Part shown: piece by piece, positions 9,049 to 18,681 of the stretch
Position numbering within the stretch: position 1 is the first letter of the stretch
Layout: each line of letters starts with the position of its first letter
NCBI GenBank assembly: GCA_937952265.1
Contig: CALFYW010000016.1
Coordinates: 13,086-77,085 of the forward strand
DNA length: 64,000 nt
DNA from: an uncultured bacterium
Lineage (GTDB): Bacteria > Patescibacteriota > Minisyncoccia > Phycocordibacterales > GCA-2401445
Reading direction: 5' to 3'
Notes under the pieces: generated by a model
The model's database searches: none
What the model was told of the DNA's origin: nothing
The model's input: only the letters and a program-made list of their open reading frames with translations
Translations under genes and position numbers: made by a program

Positions 9049-10950
9049 CTATGATGTAGTTGAGTCATTGGATTCATCCTCTTTCTTCTTTTCTTCATAA
9101 TCGACATCTCTCGCTTTCTGTTCATCTGCTTTTCCTTCTTCCTTTTTTCCTTCTTGACTCATAGAGGCGCCGATTTTCTGTAGTGCTTGAGAAAGAGCCT
9201 CGGTTGATTTCTTTATCGTGTCAGTATCCTCCCCATCTTTTACCGCCTTCAACGCCCCAATAGCGTCTTCTACTTGTTTTTTAATATCTGCCCCAACCTT
9301 ATCTCCGTTATCTCGAAGTGCTTTCTCCGAGGTATAAATGAGCTGTTCTGCGATATTCCTGCTTTCAGCGAGCGCTTTCTTCTTTTCATCCTCTGCGCTG
9401 TGAACTTCTGCGTCTTTCTGCATTCGTTCGATGTCATCGCTCGAGAGGCCAGAGCTTGCTTCAATCCGAATCGACTGCTCTTTTCCAGTTGTTTTATCTT
9501 TTGCGCTCACTTGTAAAATACCATTCGCATCAACATCAAAAGTCACTTCAACTTGTGGTGTGCCTCTTGGTGCAGGAGGAATTCCATCAAGGATAAACTT
9601 TCCGAGGCTTTTATTATCTCCCGCCATGGCACGTTCTCCTTGTACCACGTGTATCTCTACTGAGGTTTGATTGTCGGAAGCAGTAGAAAATACCTGGGTT
9701 CGAGAACTTGGAACCGTCGTATTCTTCTCAATTAACTTAGTGGCAACTCCTCCCATTGTTTCAATGCCGAGTGAGAGTGGAATAACATCAAGCAGAAGGA
9801 TATCCTTTACATCACCTGAGATAACACCCCCCTGAATCGCCGCGCCAAGCGCAACAACTTCATCAGGGTTAATTGACCGATTTGGTTCTTTCCCAAAGAG
9901 CGCCTTCACCGCCTCAATAATTTTCGGCATGCGTGTCTGACCTCCCACCAAAATTACTTCGTCAATATCTTTAATCTCAAATGGGGATGCTTCAATAGCG
10001 CGTTTCGTGATACTAATTGCCCGATCAATATACTCTTCCGCAAGCTCCTCTAAGGTAGAACGTCTCATGGTGATCAAAAGGTGGCGCGGACCACTTGCAT
10101 CAGAAGTGATGAAGGGAATATTGATCTCTGTTTCAGTAGTCGTTGAAAGTTCAAGTTTTGCTTTTTCCGCTGCTTCATCAAGTCGCTGTAATGCCAAGGG
10201 GTCATTCCGCACATCAATACCACTATCGCGCTTGAACTCGTTCGCGATCCAGTCTACAATCTTTCGATCAATATCGCGTCCTCCAAGATGGCTATCACCG
10301 TCAGTTGATTTTACTTCAACCACATCATCACCCACTTCAAGGACGGAGATATCAAAGGTACCTCCCCCAAAGTCGAATACTGCGATTTGTTCGTTTTTCT
10401 TTTTGTTAAATCCGTATGCGAGTGCCGCAGCAGTAGGTTCATTGATAATTCGCTTTACTTCTAATCCCGCGATCTTTCCCGCATCTTTTGTTGCTTGGCG
10501 TTGCGAATCATTAAAATATGCAGGTACAGTAATAATTGCTTCCGTGATCTTTTCTCCCAATTTTGCCTCTGCGTCCTGCTTCATTTTTTGAAGGATCATG
10601 GCTGATACCTCCTCAGGGCGATACTCTTTATTTTCTAGCACCACCGAGACCCCACCGTTTGGTGATTTTTTAATTTCATAAGGAACTGAAGATTTATCTT
10701 TGGTAACTCCCTCATCATCAAATGTGTGCCCGATAAAACGTTTGATACCATACACCGTGTTTTTCGGATTGGTAACTGCTTGCCGTTTTGCCAAAAGACC
10801 AACAAGACGTTCTCCTGTCTTAGAAATTGCGACAATAGAAGGAGTGGTTCGAGCACCCTCCGCGTTTTCAATAATACAGGGTTCCCCACCTTCAATAATT
10901 GCCATTGCGGAATTAGTAGTTCCAAGATCAATACCTAGTATTTTTGCCAT
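9049..10950 (-). CDS. dnaK: Chaperone DnaK
   Basis: [25 protein letters not shown]. Confidence 0.99.
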   Translation of the reverse strand: MAKILGIDLGTTNSAMAIIEGGEPCIIENAEGARTTPSIVAISKTGERLVGLLAKRQAVTNPKNTVYGIKRFIGHTFDDEGVTKDKSSVPYEIKKSPNGGVSVVLENKEYRPEEVSAMILQKMKQDAEAKLGEKITEAIITVPAYFNDSQRQATKDAGKIAGLEVKRIINEPTAAALAYGFNKKKNEQIAVFDFGGGTFDISVLEVGDDVVEVKSTDGDSHLGGRDIDRKIVDWIANEFKRDSGIDVRNDPLALQRLDEAAEKAKLELSTTTETEINIPFITSDASGPRHLLITMRRSTLEELAEEYIDRAISITKRAIEASPFEIKDIDEVILVGGQTRMPKIIEAVKALFGKEPNRSINPDEVVALGAAIQGGVISGDVKDILLLDVIPLSLGIETMGGVATKLIEKNTTVPSSRTQVFSTASDNQTSVEIHVVQGERAMAGDNKSLGKFILDGIPPAPRGTPQVEVTFDVDANGILQVSAKDKTTGKEQSIRIEASSGLSSDDIERMQKDAEVHSAEDEKKKALAESRNIAEQLIYTSEKALRDNGDKVGADIKKQVEDAIGALKAVKDGEDTDTIKKSTEALSQALQKIGASMSQEGKKEEGKADEQKARDVDYEEKKKEDESNDSTTS

Positions 10951-10969
10951 AAAAATAAAAAATTAATTA

Positions 10970-11545
10970 CTAATGCCTCTGATAAACAAACACTTTAACG
11001 GAAGCTGGACGTACCACATGGCCGTTTAAAATATACCCTTTCGAAATTCGTTCCGCGATTAACCCATCCTGCTTTTCATCTCCAGGTAATGCCTCCAAAG
11101 AATGGTGCTGTAATGGATCAAATGTGTCACCAGGCTCAGGTTTTATCTCTGATAACGTGTAATTCTCGAGTGTCGTCTTTAATTTAGTATGTATATATTC
11201 AACCCCCTGTCGCCACACCTGATCCACCGCGCTCCACGACTTATTGCCTATCGCCATCTCAAAGCTATCGAGCACCGGAAGCAAATCTAAAATTATTTTT
11301 TCAGTAATACGATTTTTTTCAGATTTTTTTTCTTCTTCAGCACGTCGACGAGCATTAACGAAATCAGCTTGACTACGTTGCCACCCATCGAGATATTCCT
11401 GTTTCTGTGCTTCGCTTTGAGCGAGCTTCTTTTTAAGTTTCTTTATTTGCTCCTCTTCGCTATTCTCGGCATACTCAACATCATGAGACTCAACAACGTC
11501 GTATTCCTCTTGAGATTCTGTTTTCTTATTGTGATCTTTTTTCAT
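10970..11545 (-). CDS. grpE: Nucleotide exchange factor GrpE
   Basis: ADFVNARRR, FDP..H, GY.L..V.RPA.V; directly upstream of dnaK. Confidence 0.95.
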   Translation of the reverse strand: MKKDHNKKTESQEEYDVVESHDVEYAENSEEEQIKKLKKKLAQSEAQKQEYLDGWQRSQADFVNARRRAEEEKKSEKNRITEKIILDLLPVLDSFEMAIGNKSWSAVDQVWRQGVEYIHTKLKTTLENYTLSEIKPEPGDTFDPLQHHSLEALPGDEKQDGLIAERISKGYILNGHVVRPASVKVFVYQRH

Positions 11546-11622
11546 ACTACGTGCTTATCTTAGCAGAAAATTCCCATAAGTATATACCACGGGTACCGTG
11601 ACAAAATTCCTCACCCAACCTT

Positions 11623-12027
11623 TTAACGTTTTGACCACTGGGAACTCTTTCTTGCCTTCTTGTGACCGAATTTTCTTCGCTCTTTTGAACGCTGGTCTCT
11701 TGTAAGAAAACCTTTTACTTTCAACTCCCGACGAAGGGTGTGTTCGTGTTTGACGAGCGCACGTGAGATTCCGTGACGAAGCGCCACAGCCTGTGCTGAA
11801 ATTCCACCACCTTTAATTAAAGCTGTGATCTTAAACTTGCCACCTTCAGTGACCTCAAGCGGAGCAAGGACAATTCGCTGGAGATTCTTATTGGGAAAAT
11901 AAACCGAAAGTTCTCTCTCATTTATTGAAATAGCTCTTCGGCCACTCGGTGTAATTCGAACTCGAGCAACCGCGCTTTTACGACGTCCGGTTCCTTCAAT
12001 ATACTTTTCTTTTGATGCCGTGTTCAT
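11623..12027 (-). CDS. rpsI: 30S ribosomal protein S9
   Basis: GTGRRKSAVARV, GGGISAQ, C-terminal QWSKR. Confidence 0.98.
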   Translation of the reverse strand: MNTASKEKYIEGTGRRKSAVARVRITPSGRRAISINERELSVYFPNKNLQRIVLAPLEVTEGGKFKITALIKGGGISAQAVALRHGISRALVKHEHTLRRELKVKGFLTRDQRSKERRKFGHKKARKSSQWSKR

Positions 12028-12032
12028 AATAA

Positions 12033-12380
12033 CTATTCAGAAATAATCAAATTTTTAATCATAAGAAAGCGAAGCTTGTTGCGTGGAAGCATTCCCATTA
12101 CTGCATCACGGATAATAACCCCATTCCCTTTATTCTCAACTCGCTTTTGGAGACTCTCTTTCTTAAGGCCCCCTGGATAACCAGAGAAACGAGTGTATAT
12201 TTTTTGTTTTGCTTTTTTAGGAAAAATATCAAGTTTTCCCGCATTAGTCACATGAACAGAGACTTGGGGAACTCGATTTCTTCGAAAGTGAGGCTCATTT
12301 TTCCCCATCAAAAAGACCGCCGCCTCTGACGCAATACGACCCAATCTTTTTCCATCCGCATTAATAGTGTGTTTTTCCAT
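12033..12380 (-). CDS. rplM: 50S ribosomal protein L13 (short form)
   Basis: LGRIAS..A..LMGK, SGYPGGLK, AVMGMLP. Confidence 0.96.
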   Translation of the reverse strand: MEKHTINADGKRLGRIASEAAVFLMGKNEPHFRRNRVPQVSVHVTNAGKLDIFPKKAKQKIYTRFSGYPGGLKKESLQKRVENKGNGVIIRDAVMGMLPRNKLRFLMIKNLIISE

Positions 12381-12391
12381 ACCTTTAGCAA

Positions 12392-12745
12392 TTATACAAA
12401 CTCAATGAACGCTCGAGCAATAGCTCCGTGTCCTTTTGGTGTCAATTTGATAATTCGAGTATATCCACCTTGTCGATCCTGATACTTAGGTGAGAGTGTG
12501 GTAAAAATCTTCTGCATTGCTTTATCATTTCCCCCGAGACGAGCCTTTACTAAACGTCGTCGCGCAACTGTATCAACTCTTCCCAGAGTTAAGAGTTTTT
12601 CAACAAAAGGACGTACTTCTTTTGCTTTCGCTTCGGTAGTTTGAATGCGCTCATGCGCGATCAATGAACGAGTTAAAGAACGCAACAGTGCAGTACGCTG
12701 TCGTGTTACCCGCCCCAATGTTCGTGTTCTTTTATGATGACGCAT
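12392..12745 (-). CDS. rplQ: 50S ribosomal protein L17
   Basis: MRH, I.TTEAKAKE, GGYTRIIK. Confidence 0.97.
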   Translation of the reverse strand: MRHHKRTRTLGRVTRQRTALLRSLTRSLIAHERIQTTEAKAKEVRPFVEKLLTLGRVDTVARRRLVKARLGGNDKAMQKIFTTLSPKYQDRQGGYTRIIKLTPKGHGAIARAFIEFV

Positions 12746-12766
12746 GATGCTATTTCTACTTAATGA

Positions 12767-13747
12767 TTACTGTTTTAAAGAAACACCGAGTGCTGATAGC
12801 TTTTCTCGTATCTCTTCAACCCCTTTAGTGCCCATTCCCGGGATATCCAGAATATCATCTTCTCGTTTACGCACCAAACCACCGACTGTTCGAACATTCG
12901 CATTCGAAAGCGCGTTGAGAGTTCGAGATGAGAGATCCAAGGACTCGATACGAGTCTTTAAGATATCAGGATCTACTTCTTCATCTTTTGAGTCTTCGGT
13001 TCCTAACACAGCCTCTCCTTGTTTCTCTCGATACAGCTCTTCAACTCCATCTTCTTTAAATCCAACAATTGCTTTGAGTTGATTGATCATTGTGGCGATA
13101 GAATGCTCAAGTGCTTGACGAGGAGAAATGATTCCGTCTGTTTCAATAAAAATACGGAGGCGATTAAAATCAGTCCGATCTCCAACTCGCATATTTTCAA
13201 CTTCATAATTTACTCTACGGATAGGGGTAAATATTGCATCCAGTGTAATTGAACCAATTTCTGCGCGCTCTTTCTGTAATACCTCCTTAGGAATATAACC
13301 AATCCCTTTTTCAACACGAAGCTCCATAGAAAGCTCTGACTGCTTCTCGGTCAATGTTGCGATAGGTGCTTCAGGATTGAGAATTCGAACCTGACTTGGA
13401 ACCGTAAGATCTGAAGCCACCACCTCTTTTACTCCCTTTACAGTAAGTGAAATTGTCTGTGGTTCATCGGTAAGCAATTCAATTCGAATCTTCTTCAAAT
13501 TAAGGAGGATCATGATTACATCTTCTTTTACTCCACTGATCGTTGAAAACTCATGATCGACCCCGTCGATTTTTACCGAAGTAATCGCAGCACCAGGTAG
13601 TGATGAAAGGATGATACGGCGCAATGAGTTTCCAAGGGTGTGGCCGTATCCTGGATAAAGACCATCAACCTCATATACACCGGTATTCTCTTCTTCCCGA
13701 ACAACTTTCGGTTTTGATGGCAAAACAATAGTGTTGTAATCAGACAT
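12767..13747 (-). CDS. rpoA: RNA polymerase alpha subunit
   Basis: GYGHTLGNSLRRIILSS, HEFSTI.GVKEDV, alpha-CTD. Confidence 0.98.
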   Translation of the reverse strand: MSDYNTIVLPSKPKVVREEENTGVYEVDGLYPGYGHTLGNSLRRIILSSLPGAAITSVKIDGVDHEFSTISGVKEDVIMILLNLKKIRIELLTDEPQTISLTVKGVKEVVASDLTVPSQVRILNPEAPIATLTEKQSELSMELRVEKGIGYIPKEVLQKERAEIGSITLDAIFTPIRRVNYEVENMRVGDRTDFNRLRIFIETDGIISPRQALEHSIATMINQLKAIVGFKEDGVEELYREKQGEAVLGTEDSKDEEVDPDILKTRIESLDLSSRTLNALSNANVRTVGGLVRKREDDILDIPGMGTKGVEEIREKLSALGVSLKQ

Positions 13748-13829
13748 AAAAAAATAATGAAGGGCTATTGGTAAATAGGACTAAAATTATACCTTATTTT
13801 CAAATAATTGCAAGTCATACCTCATCTTA

Positions 13830-14450
13830 CTAACGGCTATAAAATTCAATTACTGCATTGAGGTCAAAAAGTGACTCACTCGGTACGTAATGAGGCATTC
13901 CCACTATTTTTCCCTCTTTCTTTTCATAGTCAAGAGAAAGCCACGATGGAATGGTCGCCTCTTTTAATCGCTCATTTAAATCACTGAAGACGGTCTTGTT
14001 CCGACTTCCCGCTCGAATACTTACGGTATCTCCAACACCGAGCGTGTGTGAAGGAATGGTTACCCGCTTCCCATTGACACACAAATGTCCGTGAGATGCC
14101 AGCTGACGAGCTGCGGCACGTGTTTTTGCTAAACCAAGTCTGAAACAAACATTATCAAGACGGCGTTCCATGTTCTGAAATAGTCCGTCAGCCGAATCAA
14201 CATGCTTCTTTGAAACTGCTTGAGCAACGTAGCGAGCAAACTGACGTTCACGAAGACCGTACATCAAACGCGCCTTTTGTTTCTCGTTAAGCTGGCCCGC
14301 GAAATCAGAAGCATTTCGGCGTGGTTTTCTACCACCTTGTTTTCGAGAGGTATTTCTGGTTTTTGCAATTGCAAATTTCTGAGTATCACATTTCTCAAAA
14401 ATATTTGCCCCGAGTCTCTTACAAATTTTGTATTTTTTTTGTACCATCAT
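13830..14450 (-). CDS. rpsD: 30S ribosomal protein S4
   Basis: EKQK..YGL.ERQF, ERRLDNV.FRLG, VIEFYSR. Confidence 0.98.
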   Translation of the reverse strand: MMVQKKYKICKRLGANIFEKCDTQKFAIAKTRNTSRKQGGRKPRRNASDFAGQLNEKQKARLMYGLRERQFARYVAQAVSKKHVDSADGLFQNMERRLDNVCFRLGLAKTRAAARQLASHGHLCVNGKRVTIPSHTLGVGDTVSIRAGSRNKTVFSDLNERLKEATIPSWLSLDYEKKEGKIVGMPHYVPSESLFDLNAVIEFYSR

Positions 14451-14471
14451 ATGATTTAAATGACTATACCA

Positions 14472-14906
14472 CTAAACACGGCGTGGTTTTGGCGGGCGAG
14501 GACCATTATGGGGAACCGGGGTTCGGTCACTCACCGTAAGCAGATTAATGCCTCGGGATGCAAATGAGCGCAGTGCTGATTCCCGACCCGCACCAACTCC
14601 CTTGATTACTATTTTCGCTTCTTTCATACCAATAAGAGTGGCTTTATCCCCAATGAGTTCTCCAACTTTTGCAGCAGCAAAAGGAGTACCCTTTTTTGCC
14701 CCCTTAAATCCAAGCGCTCCAGTTGATGACCACGCAATTGCATTGCCCGAGGCATCTGTCAGCAATATCTTGGTGTTATTGTATGTTGAGTCAATATATA
14801 AAATTCCGGCCAGCACTTTCTTTTTTGGAACACGAGAAAGAGAGCGCTCTTTGAGGCTTGCGTCCATTTCTCCACCTGCTTTTCGTGCAATTTTTTTCTT
14901 ACCCAT
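14472..14906 (-). CDS. rpsK: 30S ribosomal protein S11
   Basis: STYNNT, GFKGAKKGTPFAA, PHNGPRPPKPRRV. Confidence 0.98.
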   Translation of the reverse strand: MGKKKIARKAGGEMDASLKERSLSRVPKKKVLAGILYIDSTYNNTKILLTDASGNAIAWSSTGALGFKGAKKGTPFAAAKVGELIGDKATLIGMKEAKIVIKGVGAGRESALRSFASRGINLLTVSDRTPVPHNGPRPPKPRRV

Positions 14907-14909
14907 ACG

Positions 14910-15290
14910 CTATTTCTTATCAACCTTCTTTTTACCTGATCCCATAGTCTTTCGTGTGTTACCTCTTACGGTTCGTGAGTTTGATTTGGTTCGTTGCCCA
15001 CGGCTTGGAAGCCGTCGGGAGTGGCGAGCGCCACGATAGCACTTTATATCCTTTAAACGTTTAATATTTGAGGAAATCTCGCGTTTCAAATCACCTTCAA
15101 CTGGACGAGATTCTACTTGTTCGCGAATCTTATTCTCCTCTTCATTTGAAAGTTCCCGCGCCTTCTTTCCGTGATCAATACCCACCGTATCGAGAATTTC
15201 TCGAGCACGAGAGCGGCCAACACCATAAAGCGCAGTGAGTGCGATCTCCATTCGTGCATTATCAGGAATCGTAATACCTAAAATTCTCAT
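14910..15290 (-). CDS. rpsM: 30S ribosomal protein S13
   Basis: ALT.LYGVG, YRG.RH...LP.RGQRTK.N.RT. Confidence 0.98.
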   Translation of the reverse strand: MRILGITIPDNARMEIALTALYGVGRSRAREILDTVGIDHGKKARELSNEEENKIREQVESRPVEGDLKREISSNIKRLKDIKCYRGARHSRRLPSRGQRTKSNSRTVRGNTRKTMGSGKKKVDKK

Positions 15291-15293
15291 AAA

Positions 15294-15407
15294 TTAACCT
15301 TGTTTTTGTTTATGACGTGGGTTAGCACAGATAACATACAAAACTCCATGGCGACGAACCATCTTACATTTTGCACAGATTTTTTTTACTGATGCGCGTA
15401 CTTTCAT
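15294..15407 (-). CDS. rpmJ: 50S ribosomal protein L36
   Basis: [14 protein letters not shown]...[12 protein letters not shown], 37 aa; start reassigned. Confidence 0.97.
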   Translation of the reverse strand: MKVRASVKKICAKCKMVRRHGVLYVICANPRHKQKQG

Positions 15408-15420
15408 GCCTTCTTGGTTA

Positions 15421-15648
15421 TTACAACCGTTTGATGATTCTCGCTTTTCCTCCATAGTGGTCGAGTTCAACCAACACCTTATCTCCGACCAAAACACGGA
15501 TACGATGCATCCGCATCTTCCCTGAAAGATACGCAAGAACCTCCTTTTTTTCGTCCCCTACAGACATCGCGAGACGAAAAAGCGTGTTGGGTAACGCTTC
15601 AACTACTGTTCCAACAACGCCTGAATCCTTTTCTTTTTCGTATACCAT
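15421..15648 (-). CDS. infA: Translation initiation factor IF-1
   Basis: [24 protein letters not shown]. Confidence 0.97.
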   Translation of the reverse strand: MVYEKEKDSGVVGTVVEALPNTLFRLAMSVGDEKKEVLAYLSGKMRMHRIRVLVGDKVLVELDHYGGKARIIKRL

Positions 15649-15708
15649 CTAACGCTTATTAAGGAAGTTCACGTATATTAGCAGAAGTGAGGTGGGTTCG
15701 TCAATACA

Positions 15709-17031
15709 CTAACGGGTAATTTGTATCGTAATCCGTTCCGAACGTTGAGGAAAGCGATCTTTCCAAAACGGACGGATCACTATTTCAGCCCCTTCAATAC
15801 CGGGATAGCGTGATAAAATCGTGTCAATATCACTCTTGAGCTGGCCCGCGAGGTCCTCTTTGAGCCTCATCTCATCAAATGTCCATTCAATATGCGGGGT
15901 TCCTTGAAAATATATCGATAATTCTTGGGCCTCCCAGGGAGATGCTTGTTCGCGGTTTGGTATCGTAGCCTCAAGGTTCTCCAAATTAGTCACGATTACC
16001 TCCCCTCCATCAAAATCCGCAATGGTTTGCTCCGCAATATAATTACTCATATGAGCCCTATCAAAAATGACCGCATGCAACATCCCCCTTTCCCTTACCG
16101 TGAGATCTTTAGCACTTGAACTACTTTCATCTGGTACTATTGATTCAAACTCAATAAATATGCCGTCATCGTAGAGAATGAAATCATCTGGAACTTGTGT
16201 GCGCGCTTGAGCGGTCAAGGTCTCGGTCAGGCGCTCATGAAGGAGCGCTTTCGCCTCAACAATATCTGCTTCTTCTGCAACTGGACGTGATCCCACAAAT
16301 CCTCCGGTCATTCGAGTTTTCGACCGAGCGTAAAACCCATTATAACGAGGGTCACCTTTAAGCCCAGGGACCGTAAAGTCAGTGAGATCGATATTATACT
16401 CTTTTCCGGGAGCTTGAGCGGTCACGGCAACCTCGATACTCCCTGGTACTGATTTACCATTTTCATCAACACTTTTTCCTGGAACTGTAATTGAACGATT
16501 CCCTATCAAAAATATCTTTCCATCTGGTGTTTCAAAGCGAGTTCGTGGAACAAACTTTTGAGGAGAAGTGCTGAAATCATTATAGACGATGATTGTTCCA
16601 GAAGCATATTCAGCGACCTCTTCAACTCCTTCTGCGGGAATATCCATGCGATCTTCCTGAGTAATTGACATTACCTGATACGCAAGCCCTCCACCCGGAG
16701 CATTCTTTTGGGCTACAAAAGTACTATCGAGCACTGTGGGAAGATTTCGAACCGCAACCACCACCCTCGCTCCAGAGAAAAGTAGTGCTACGGAAAAAAT
16801 AAGAAAGAGTCCGGCAAGGACGACTAATATCCAAACGAGTACCGAAGGAAGTTTCCCTTTTCGGCCTTGCTGAACTTGACGCCCAGTATGACTCATTGGA
16901 CCACGCTCATCAGGAGGAAGATAGTCTGAATTTCGAGCTGGCATTGGGCCCCGCGCACGACCTTCAAGGGGAATATCACGAATACTGCGTCGTTCTGGGG
17001 GGACAACATCTTGTACCATTTTCTTCATCAT
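15709..17031 (-). CDS. Single-pass membrane protein with large extracytoplasmic domain (CPR-type conserved hypothetical)
   Basis: Disordered N-terminus, one TM, then A.G.I..YN, TRF, VPG, PG..YNI, FTVPG motifs. Confidence 0.75.
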   Translation of the reverse strand: MMKKMVQDVVPPERRSIRDIPLEGRARGPMPARNSDYLPPDERGPMSHTGRQVQQGRKGKLPSVLVWILVVLAGLFLIFSVALLFSGARVVVAVRNLPTVLDSTFVAQKNAPGGGLAYQVMSITQEDRMDIPAEGVEEVAEYASGTIIVYNDFSTSPQKFVPRTRFETPDGKIFLIGNRSITVPGKSVDENGKSVPGSIEVAVTAQAPGKEYNIDLTDFTVPGLKGDPRYNGFYARSKTRMTGGFVGSRPVAEEADIVEAKALLHERLTETLTAQARTQVPDDFILYDDGIFIEFESIVPDESSSSAKDLTVRERGMLHAVIFDRAHMSNYIAEQTIADFDGGEVIVTNLENLEATIPNREQASPWEAQELSIYFQGTPHIEWTFDEMRLKEDLAGQLKSDIDTILSRYPGIEGAEIVIRPFWKDRFPQRSERITIQITR

Positions 17032-17107
17032 ACAAACAACATATTGTTACGTAGTTTTATCATATCACACCACTCAAAAATTTTCGAATTCAAACTCTAT
17101 CTAAATC

Positions 17108-18319
17108 TTACCTTAGACGATTGTTCAAAAAAAGTGTTTCAATCATAATAAACGGATCACGACGCACCCCTTTTGTAAAACCGAGGTAGGAAGCAAATAA
17201 CTGTTCTCCTAATAAATACACGTTAAATGTCAGATCACCGAAAACAACTTTATCAATACGATTCTTTTTAAAATAAGCTAACAACCAACGAAGCAGTTCC
17301 TCATCTAATGTAGCAAATACGGCGCGAGGAACGGATCCTACATGGCGATTTTTAATATCCGTAATAAAAGAGCCGAAAAAGGTATTAAACGAGGCAACTT
17401 CTTTTTCAAGAATTTTTTCAATACGCCCGATCACGCTCCGTTCAGCAGACCCACTTCCATATAAACGGAGTAAAGAAAGCGCGTGCTCTGGATCCATATG
17501 AAAAGCTTCAGCAACCCCACGTATAATACTATTTCTTCCAAGAGGAGTGGAAACTGTTTTCTCTAAAATACCACCTCGAACAACACTTAAATCGATTACC
17601 TCACCACTCACATCGAGAATGAGAAAATCGTCCACATTAATAAACAAATCTCGCACAAGCGTAAAGGCAATCAATGGGAAAGAGTGTATTCGTAGATTTT
17701 CAGTATGAAAATATTTGCTAATCGCATGTTCAACCCCTTGAATTACTTCTTGAGAAGCGAGGCTCAGAAAAGCGGTAGCCTCTACTGATTTTGTCTTTCG
17801 ATCAAACGGCTCAGCTGTTTGATACCCATTTAACTTCATTGAGATAGTCGTACTGTCAATAATATATCCCTCACTATTTGAAGCCCCTCTTCTCTCCTCT
17901 TTGAGGGCACTCTCCTGAAACCGCTTGACCTCTTGGACAAGTAGTGAGCGCAAAAGCTCGGGGGTAACCGTAAAATATTCTGGCTGTGTATACCGGACTA
18001 CGCGTGTTTGGGCACGATACCATGGCGATGTGAGGCTACAGAGTATATGCGATGGACGACTTCCGATCTCCCGCGCTGATTTGGTGCTTAACCCGTATTC
18101 AACTACCCCTCGTAATACCTCGCTGAGCGACGAGAGCATCGCGTGAAAAAAGGAGGACTGATTATCGTTGACACTCACGGTAATCGGGTGCCGTGTACTT
18201 GAAATAATCTGTGGAGCGCCTTCTCCATCAAGCAACACCAACGCCGCACCAACGCTCGCGCTTCCGATATCAATGACCAATCCAAGTTCTCGTCCAGAAC
18301 CCTTTCCAAAAAATCTCAT
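17108..18319 (-). CDS. FtsA/PilM-like actin-fold protein
   Basis: IDIGSASV phosphate-1 loop, LDVSGEV phosphate-2 loop, PLG; start reassigned to MRFFG. Confidence 0.7.
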   Translation of the reverse strand: MRFFGKGSGRELGLVIDIGSASVGAALVLLDGEGAPQIISSTRHPITVSVNDNQSSFFHAMLSSLSEVLRGVVEYGLSTKSAREIGSRPSHILCSLTSPWYRAQTRVVRYTQPEYFTVTPELLRSLLVQEVKRFQESALKEERRGASNSEGYIIDSTTISMKLNGYQTAEPFDRKTKSVEATAFLSLASQEVIQGVEHAISKYFHTENLRIHSFPLIAFTLVRDLFINVDDFLILDVSGEVIDLSVVRGGILEKTVSTPLGRNSIIRGVAEAFHMDPEHALSLLRLYGSGSAERSVIGRIEKILEKEVASFNTFFGSFITDIKNRHVGSVPRAVFATLDEELLRWLLAYFKKNRIDKVVFGDLTFNVYLLGEQLFASYLGFTKGVRRDPFIMIETLFLNNRLR

Positions 18320-18400
18320 ACGTAAATAAATTGTACTATGTATCATACTGGAGGAGCAATCCACACATCGATCATTCAGAGAGCTTATTCTTGAAATGTA

Positions 18401-18429
18401 TTGACGAATGACCCCGACTAATCTAAGCT
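18401..18429 (+). promoter_or_regulatory. sigma70-type promoter
   Basis: TTGACG-17 nt-TAAGCT upstream of the ORF at 18451. Confidence 0.6.
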
Positions 18430-18450
18430 TATGTTCAGGAAAAAAACGCT

Positions 18451-18636
18451 ATGAAAATACCAATTAAAGATCTACCGGAAATGGTAGATTACCAAGTTGG
18501 TGAAGTAAGGCCGACTCGGTTTTCTTCCAACCGAACCTGTTCGGGTTGCGGAACCAAACTGAATCAGTATCACAAAGGAGCATTTTGCTACCATTGTGAT
18601 AAAGCGAGAACGGTGAAAGACACCTCTTTAAAATAG
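18451..18636 (+). CDS. Small putative zinc-finger protein
   Basis: CSGC...CYHC; own promoter and a hairpin terminator at 18657-18683. Confidence 0.65.
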   Translation: MKIPIKDLPEMVDYQVGEVRPTRFSSNRTCSGCGTKLNQYHKGAFCYHCDKARTVKDTSLK

Positions 18637-18681
18637 CGTCGTATTGTAGCGAAATTACCACCTCTTTTCAGAGGTGGTTTT

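Noticed and set aside
10007-10591. Long antisense ORFs opposite dnaK, rpsK/rpsM, rpoA, uvrC and others
   Set aside because: Shadows of well-supported genes on the other strand
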